DNA from: Rotaria socialis
Lineage: Eukaryota
NCBI GenBank assembly: GCA_905331295.1
Contig: CAJNYD010000013.1
Span: forward strand, 1-64,000
DNA: 64,000 bases
Direction of reading: 5' to 3'
Shown here: in pieces, positions 55,101-64,000 of the stretch
How the letters are laid out: each line of letters opens with the position of its first letter
Numbering within the stretch: position 1 is the first letter of the stretch
Position numbers and translations under genes: made by a program
The notes under the pieces: model-generated
Seen by the model: the letters and a program-made list of their open reading frames with translations, nothing else
What the model was told of the DNA's origin: nothing
Database searches by the model: none

Positions 55101-58100
55101 TATATTTTTCTGCCGCGTCAAGGACAAAGACGATTTTGAAAAATCATTTTTATCTTTAACAAGTCGATAAGAAAACTATTCTATTCTCAATTACTTGTTG
55201 ATTCAATGTTAATAAAGACGTAATTGTTCCGTGTGTTGTCGTTGTTTGTGTTGCCGATGCTAATTGTTGTTTCGATAGATTTAAAAAGTATTTTCCTGTT
55301 CTATATGTTTGCCGAAATATTGCTGATGGCACCAGTGCAACTAATAATTGTGCCATAAGTGTACGCACTTTCGTATATGTATTATATAATAGATATGGTT
55401 TTAACCATTGTTTAATATTATTGTAAATCCAACGATGTATAATTGATGATTTATTAACAACATTATTGAACCATTCAAATACTTGTGTTGGACAAATATC
55501 AATTAATTTTCCGATGCGTATAACAATTAATGCTGCAAAATCACACCAATTTTTATCAATATTCAATGTTGATAATACTTGTTGTTGATCATTGTTCTCG
55601 TTTGTGATATTATTTGGATTTTGTTCAATTAAATAGGTTAAAACTTTAAATAATGCTTGTACACTGTTCATATCATTTTTATAGTTGGTTATCCATTGCG
55701 AGAGAAGATTAACAATTTTATTTGCATAAACATCATTTTTATAGCATATTAATTGTATAATATGTGCTGTAGCTTTCAGATTAATATTATCGAGAATTTG
55801 CTGTTGAATAAAAGCAAAATCATTTTCAACAAATAAATGTAAATCGAAATTTTCAAGATTCGAACGTGTTCGTTCAGTTTCTAATAATAGAGCAATTAAT
55901 GGAAACATCTTTTCAAATATGCCGGGGCGATTTAAATTATTATTTGCTGGTAAACGTATTGTATTTAATGGTATTATGTCATCATCAATGACGTTGGTTG
56001 TCATTAATAAATTTGTACTCGATTGATTTTCATCGTCGGAACTTGTATTACCATCATCATTATTGTTATTGTTTGATGACGATTGTTTGGGTTGCCGACC
56101 GCGATGTAACATATAAAATGTAATTAATTGTTGGATGCATAAACAATCAAGTAATAGATAACATTCATCAATACCATTACGAGCAAAATCATGAAGAAAG
56201 ACAAAATATTCGGACATATAACGTATTGATAAACGTGCACCACCTTCGCTTATGATCAATAAATATTTACGAATAAATTGTTGTACAACAAGAGAATCTT
56301 CATTTGATGAATCACTAAAATAATTCATTGAATTTTGTTTTAGAAATAAGCTTTCAAATTATAAAAACTAGTGTTAATCACAAGTAAAAAGTCATAATAA
56401 TCAGCTTATTTAGAATTTACATTTAGTTATGTGAATATACATAAAGAAATACGTTTTTGATTAGAAATCTTACCACAATGACTACAACTCAAAAGTAAAA
56501 ATGGTGAATCTTTGCAAGATAATGTCTGACTAATAAGATAAGACCTATCTTGATAGTATTTCATCACTCGATTAAATGTGAATATCTGAGTGAAAAAAAA
56601 CAGCACAACAAAGTCATGAAAACACTTTCATAAAATTGAAGATTTCATTTTTATCTAATACATAATTTACAAAAATGATGGGCTCGATTATCTTCAATCG
56701 TTTCGATAAGAGTGACGAGAAAACCTTTCTATTCAGTGACGTGTTTTCAACTCTTCATCGAGTTAAATTGTTGTATACAAGAACTATTCTTCTTACCGAA
56801 AACGACTTTTATGTAAAACATCAATAAGCACACGTGCAAACATATGACGTATCGTATGATTAGGACATCGTACAAGTACTTTAGTTAACCATGTATCATC
56901 TTGTGTCATATGCGCAAGAAACCAAACAGCAACTGGTTTGCAAGCTGTAAATTGTTTACATAAATATTCTACCCAACCAGTCATTGTTGGTTTATCTTTT
57001 GCATGTATATAAGTTTCAAAAACAAATGTAATTGCTAATTGCATGGGCAACATATCATAAGATTCTGTGATTGATCCACTCTTATCGCTATGTTCTTGTT
57101 GGTCATCTTGTTTTATTACTAATGTATTAACTGGTGCTGGATGATGACAAAGTGTCCACATAAATGTAAAATAATGATGATCGAATAAATGTCGGTCACG
57201 AACAAATCGTCGATTATCTTCCCATATCCAATCGGATATATCTTTTGGTATTGCATAGGGTATTGAATCTTTTAATTGTAACGTTGGTATATTTGATGTT
57301 GTTGTTATTGTTGAAGGTGTATCAATACGTTCATAGAATAACATATAAGCTGAATGTGTTTTTTCAAATTGAAAATCAAGAAAACGATCGGAACCTTGAT
57401 CATAACCTTTTGATGTTATTTCACCACCAAAACATTCATTGGCTATTTGTGATGGATCAAACTGTTTGACTTCAGCGTCATTGAATAAATACCAACGATG
57501 CTGTTGACATTGTTGCTGATTATCTAATAGTAGATCGGAGTTGCTTGAAAAATTATTATTATCTGTTGAACGTTTAACACGTTCGCGAATAAATGAATAA
57601 TAATGACCACCTTCAGCTGTGCCCGTATGAACTGTAACGCCGATTAATTCAAATAAATGAGAATCATTACCAGATGATGGAGATGCTGGTGGATATTTAC
57701 TTGTACTAAACATGAGAAAAGATTAGTTTCAATTTGAATTATTTACATAACATTCATGTGAAGAAGCACAGATAGAAAAATAATGTTTCGAGCTTCGTTG
57801 TTTAAGTTGAGCACATTTTTCTAGAATTTTATCCTGACAATATAGAGCTCTTAAATGCTTGCCTACTGGTATGTTTATCATCAGAACTTCGAATCAGCGA
57901 TCTTGTATTTTAATTTATAGGCATATTCTGTCATTCAATTCTTGAGAAATGTCACTTCGAAAATCTTTGCTGCATAACGAGAAGCTCAACTATCAGTGAG
58001 AAACATTCCGAGAAAATCCATATTCCTTACCTTTCACTGTCTTTTTCTTCATCATGTTCTGGATTTCCATCGCCAATTAATTTATTCTTATCAATTAAAT

Positions 58101-61100
58101 TTGTTTCCATATAACCACTCATATCCAATTGCATTGGAAATTGAAATAGTGTATTCACTTTTTCTCGTTGCATTGTAACCATATTAAATGTGTATCTCAT
58201 TGTATTTAAACATAAAATTTTCGGTAATTTTCTAAAGCAAACACGTTTTTCAGCTCGAACTTTTTTCGAACATTTCGAACATGTATACATATTATCGCCT
58301 TCTAATGTATCTTTAACAGTTAATTCTGCTAATGATTCATGTACATCTTTCATATCGGCAACTTGACAACGTACAGTATAAAATTCTTCTAATTTTCTCG
58401 ATATATGTGGGCAATCAAAAGAAATCACAATATTTGTTAGAATACCACAAAATAAATCACGTACAAGCTGTTTTAAATCATCGGACATTTCTTCTAATTT
58501 CGTTATTAAATCAGTAAAAAATTCCGTCATATCTTTTTGATCGCCTGTATTCAATGATTGTAAACCGTCCATCGTATAAACTTTACAAAAACTTTTCGGA
58601 TTATACGATCGACGTTCGCTCTCGAGTAAATAGGCAAACATACGCTTTAATTCGTATAATATCAAATCATGTTTATCGGCCGTATCAGTATTTAATATAG
58701 CCGTACGTAATTCCGGAATCATGTATAAATGTTGTAAACTTGTTGCAGCATAACATGTTGCACCTAGATTTGTTAGACCAACATAACCGGAATAGGAACG
58801 GCCATCATCACGTGGCCAATAATCCCATATATACGGCTGTTGACGGTCGATTGAATTATGTTGATCAAGAAGTTTCTTTTGTAATTGAATGAAATTTTCC
58901 TGATTAACTTTAATTAATTCGTTGAGAAATTCATAGGATTTAGCACGTGTTAATAATGATTTACATTTTGGCACGAAGCGATTTTCGCTTGTTGGCAATT
59001 CAAATAGATATTTAAATACACGATCGATTAAAGTGAATGTTAATTGTTTATAGGATGGATTATTGTTGATATTAATTTGTTTTAAATACAGATTATTGTA
59101 TTGCTTAACAATCGATGTCAGTAGACAAAGCAAACCATAGAGTACTTCATCTTCAATTAATTTATCTCGTTGAGTTTCATATGGAATGTGATCATGAATG
59201 AAGTTGATTAATATTTCAATTAATTCATGATCGAATAGTATTATTTGATTTGAATTATTTATATTACAAAGTTTATTTTTACTGATTTTAATCTGTTTGA
59301 TTTCATCATAATGCATACGATCGATTATTGAGGTTAGTAAATGAAAATATTCATGTGATGATTGATTGAGAAACAATGAATGACTATCATATTTGGCCAT
59401 TAGCGTCGACGAAAGATTTAATGTTTGAAATGTTATCGCTGAATTTGTTTCAAAATTATTTTGAGATGATGATGACGATGATGACGTGAATTTCAATGCA
59501 TAGGGAATCAATTCAAGAAGATTTGTAAGAATTGGTACTAGACAAATACGTTCGACAGCCGGCTCATTAGTAGATTCGATGGATGAGGATATTGTTAATG
59601 TTTGTGCAGCTTTTTCTTCATCGATTGGGCATGTACGTTGAGTTGGCATGGGTGGTGGTGGCGGAAAATCTGCCGTCGGTTGAAGACTGAGTTCCTCACT
59701 GGTACCTAGAATGAGAGGAAAATTATTTTTTCTAATTGATGAGATCGAAAGGAGAAAATTTTTGTTTGTGCAAAATTTATTTGAAAATCGTCAATAGGAT
59801 AATAGCTATAGATTAGTCCGATAAGAAACCGCTCATTGACGCGTCTACTATTTGTATATTTTTGAAAAAAAAATTGGGTGTACAGAAAACGGAGATCTTA
59901 ATTCTTCATTGAAAACTTTTAACACTTGTTCTCTATTATTATATTTTTGATACATATATATATATATTAGACGTCAGAAAATAGTAAGCATTCAATTCAA
60001 TAGAGAACTCTTTGAAACCATGCTGTTTAAATTTCACTTCGGTTTGAAACGAATATGACTCAATAATCCTTATTTAAAAATAAGAAATCAATTTTTCTCA
60101 TACCTGAAGAATTGCTACTATTACTATTATTATTATTACTTGAAACTATGCACAATCGATAAATATTCAGTTGGGCTTCCCGTTTAAGAATTGAATCATA
60201 TGCATCAAGTAATAAAATTTTTAACCATAAACTTAATTTTGGATGTTCAATAAATTTAGCACGAATATCATCATACGAATGACATAATGTTATAAACAAT
60301 ATCATTGATGTATGCAATAGATCTGTACGATTAGCAAATTGTAATAAAACAACTGGACAACATAAACGCGTACTTTTTGTAACAATAGATAATTGTATAT
60401 CAATCAAAGTATCTAATAGAACTTCTTTATCTGTTAATGCAACATTGTCCCAATGTGGTTCATATATATGAAAATGTGATTGCTGATGAACGATGGGTGT
60501 CGACGTTGAATTATCAATATTGATTAAATCACTTGATGATAATGCAGCCATTATTGCTGGTGTTGTTGTTTCACGTCGAGTCTAAATGTGCAAATTAAAA
60601 AAGAAAATGTTTCTTAGTAAAAACAGATAGTCTAAAATCTAACTTTTTTTCTTGTATTCACTGGTGTACGTGGTGAATGTTGTTCATCAGCTGCTGTTGG
60701 AATTGTTGATGGCGGCGCTGATGATGGCGGTGGAGGTTGCTGTTGTTGTTGACCCGAAGATTGACTTGATGGTGTTGGTATTTTCAATAGACAAGAACAA
60801 AGTATTTTAAGCGTATATAGAAGTGCATCAGGCAATCCTGAACACCATGAGCGGTCAATGGGCTCAGTAAAGAATGATTTTGAAACAAACAAATCATATA
60901 AATATTTTAAACCACCTTTACTAACAAATATATCTTTATATGCAGGCATACGCCGTATGAGCATATCGATTATCTGTAATGAATATGTTAAACGAAAGGG
61001 ATCCGATCGTTTTAAACAATTTGCCCATTGCACAGTATTGTTTTCATTCTCTTTAAATTCATTGAGTTGAGATAAATTTTGAAAGATACCACTGTGCGTT

Positions 61101-64000
61101 GGAATCAATAGGAGAATTTCCCATAAACGACTAACAGCTAGACGAGCTTCAGCATGCTAAAATAGAAATATAGAGATTTATTTTTTGTATACAACAGAAA
61201 TTCGATTTTCATATAAAACTCCGCTATCATTTCGGCATCATTTTTTCTATTGAGATTCAAGTCTAATATCCGTTTATTACCTCCGATGATGTTTCAATAA
61301 AGTTTTGTAGTTGTGCAAGTATTGAAAAAAATTGTTCAATATATTTCAACAGTAACATCATTGGCATTTTGTGGGGTATATAATTTTTAAGGAGACGCTC
61401 ATCAATATTATATAAATCTTTCGTTCGATTTCTTGTCGATGCATTTATTAATATAGTTTGATTATCTTTAATATTACATTCACTTAATGTTTTATCATCA
61501 ATATCTCTATCCAATTCTTGTCCATTGGCTAAAACACGTATCGATGGTAAATTCGACATATGAAGAAGATCGAACGATGATCCCGATGACGATGCTGATG
61601 AACTAGTCGAATTTAATGTTGTTAAATCATTCTTTTCAATAGTTAATAGTGTTTGCGTTAAAACATTGGTCATCGGAGGTTTCAATGTGCAATACCAACG
61701 TGTTAATTCTGCACGTAAATCACCTATAAATTCATTTGGACTCATTTTTAATATATATTTTTCTGTCCCACCACTTGTTATCGGTGCGTTACATATTAGC
61801 TTAAGCATATTTGTTTCACGTTCGTCGGGTAGTGTCAACTGTTTAATATGTGGTTTAAGTGACGATGATGAAAATAAATTATTTGAAGTCGTACTATTTG
61901 TTTGTGATATATATTGATAAAGACGTATCACATATGAATAACGTCGCATAAATAATTCTAAATGTGAACGTAGTAAAACTGATATACGATTAATTGTACG
62001 CAACGATGATAAATCATCGAGTGTATTTATACATTCATTTAAACAATTCATACAACGTGCTATGAATGGTTCTTCACGATCAAGTGTACCATCTTCATTT
62101 TGAATTTGATAACTATTTAATGTTTGTGCTGCTAATGTACTGACATTTTGATCTAGTGCACGCATAGCAACATCATTAACATAATTTAATATTAGAAATT
62201 CAAATGTTTGAAAATCATTGTATTGTTGCGTTAAATTTGTCGTTGACGATGTTTGTTGTTGCTGTTGCTGTTGAAGAATATGTACCCAATTGGTACGACT
62301 TTGCTGAAGAATTTCTTGAATTAGATTTAATTGTTGACCACATACATGTTCAGGTTTTTGAGTTAAAAGCTAAAACAAAATCGCATGCGATCAAAAAAAT
62401 ATTTTTGTTCAGTAAAACGGGAGTAAGCTTATTTGGATTCGATTGATTCCATAGGATGAAAGGCGAGTGAGAGATTGACAACGAAACTTTAGCGATTCTA
62501 GCAAAGATAGTTTATCGTAAATTTCGAATTAATTCTGGCCTCAGTGAAAGCAACTAGTTCACTATTTATTTTCAGTAGCGATTGTGGTTGTGATTAAAAT
62601 TGTATTCTTAAAGTATTAAATACCTTTTCTGTGAGAAGATGTTTGAATGTTTCCAATGAAAGTGCATGTCCACCATCTCGATTTTTCAATTGACTTAATA
62701 ACCAATTATAAAGTTCTTCACGATTTGTTCCTGTTGAGCCAGTGACAGCTGTTAAACAATCCCACAATCGATCAGCTTGACTTTGTGTTAGATCTATGTT
62801 AAATAAAAGTCAATCCTTCACAAGATATCTCTTTTGTTTTTGTTCAATTCACTTACTGAAGTCTTTTGGTGATGCAGATATTGAAAAAATAAATGATAAA
62901 AATTGAAAACGTACTGTTATTTCATTATGTATAGATATTAATGATGTATTTGCTTGTAAACGTTTTGTTAATTGTTCTAGATCGTTGAAAAATGCATTTA
63001 ATACATGATATTTCTCTTCGAATAATAGGAATATGTGTGTATTAGCACGTTGTTGATGTTGTTGAAATATTAAAAATAATTTTGGTAACAAACGTAATGA
63101 GATTAAACTTGATGTAGACTTTTTTAAATTATCTAAGCATGCTTGAATAAAATGTAATAATATACGTTTATCTTCAATTGAACTAAGTACATGACTAAAT
63201 AAACGTTCAGTTTCATTAAGTAAACTATCAGGTAGATGTGTTAAATTAATTATTGTTTGATCTTGCAATAAATCCCACAGGAGTGTTTGACCAGGTAAAG
63301 ATAAATTCGAAATATTTATTTCATCATCATCAATATTACCACCGGTACTCGAACCATTCGTTGATTCTGTTGACGATGACGCTGATGAAGACGACGATGT
63401 ATGATGGCCGAGATTGGTTTCAGTGTCTTGTCGTTTTCGTGTTTGTTGATCAGTTGGAGTGGACGATGCTATATCAGATAATTGATGATTGATTCGAATG
63501 CGACGTGCCGATGTTGTTTGTTGTTCCGATTCGCTCATGTCTTCGAAATCAGCCATATTTTTCGCTGAACCTGTTCCACTGAGTACATCGGAAACCGATG
63601 AACCAAAGTCACCTTCTTCTTCTTCTTCTTCTTCTTCGTCATCTTCATCGTCATCATCACCATCGTCGATATTAGGGCGAGGACTGAAAATTTCAAAGAA
63701 CAATTTTGAACGATTCCAAAACAAGTGATTATTTAATGAAAACGTGACATTTGTTTTTAGACTAAAACTTAATGACTAGTTCTTTTTCTGCTTACCGTTT
63801 TTTCTTTGGTCCTATCGACTCTCTACAATCATAGATTTCGGTTTCCATTTCCGATGGTAATGATCCAGCTTGAGATGCATCTTCAGCACTTTCAGGTGAG
63901 CCAACCTTTAATAAACGAAAAAAATCTATGAAATCAAAAGAAATACTTTTTGTTGAATTTCTACTTTTTGTTGATATTTTTTTCTCGTTGAATTTATTTC
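52120..64000 (-). CDS. USP34: Ubiquitin carboxyl-terminal hydrolase 34, multi-exon; 5' part lies beyond the window
   Basis: Cys box WDYWPRDDGRSYSGYVGLTNLGATCY; QKDMTEFFTDLITKLEE; His box VTVHTGTAEGGHYYSFIR; WYLFNDAEVKQFDPSQIANECFGGE; FEKTHSAYMLFY; LPGQTLLWDLLQD; ubiquitin-like segment in 61263-62165. Confidence 0.96.

Noticed and set aside
56474..56481. 8-nt AG/GT-flanked micro-exon candidate in a USP34 intron
   Set aside because: The flanking exons already join in phase 2. Inclusion would shift the frame, and I have no evidence it is used.

Overview
Eukaryotic, very AT-rich, gene-dense DNA with many short (about 50-70 nt) GT-AG introns, so most ORFs in the supplied track are single exons or antisense noise. 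Gene content is metazoan, and the architecture suggests a bdelloid rotifer (an inference, not verified). The first 5 kb is accessory: several MITE-like inverted-repeat elements, an intronless bacterial-type ABM monooxygenase (HGT candidate) and a Cys-rich secreted gene with a possibly decayed 3' end. A core gene block follows: GTF3C6(+), CDC16(-), SRPK(+, two alternative 5' ends), an orphan low-complexity gene(+) with a DINE-1/Helentron-like element and a GC-AG intron, VGLL4/Tgi-like(-), LRRC74-like(-), an orphan intronless gene(-), stomatin/MEC-2-like(+, two first exons), CCSAP-like(+), WDR34(-), a hedgehog-related Hog gene(-), LMBRD1(+), a CatSper4-like channel(-), GPATCH1(-), MROH1(-) and USP34(-, runs off the right edge). 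Three items stand out. (1) A five-exon gene absent from the ORF track joins a signal peptide and an unrecognised 8-Cys domain of about 90 aa to a complete Hint+SRR autoprocessing module with His at the Asp46 position. (2) A divergent CatSper4-like pore subunit has a TLEGV filter. (3) USP34-MROH1-GPATCH1 form a tight co-directional run that may be operon-like. All assignments come from manual splicing, translation and motif recognition; no searches were run.
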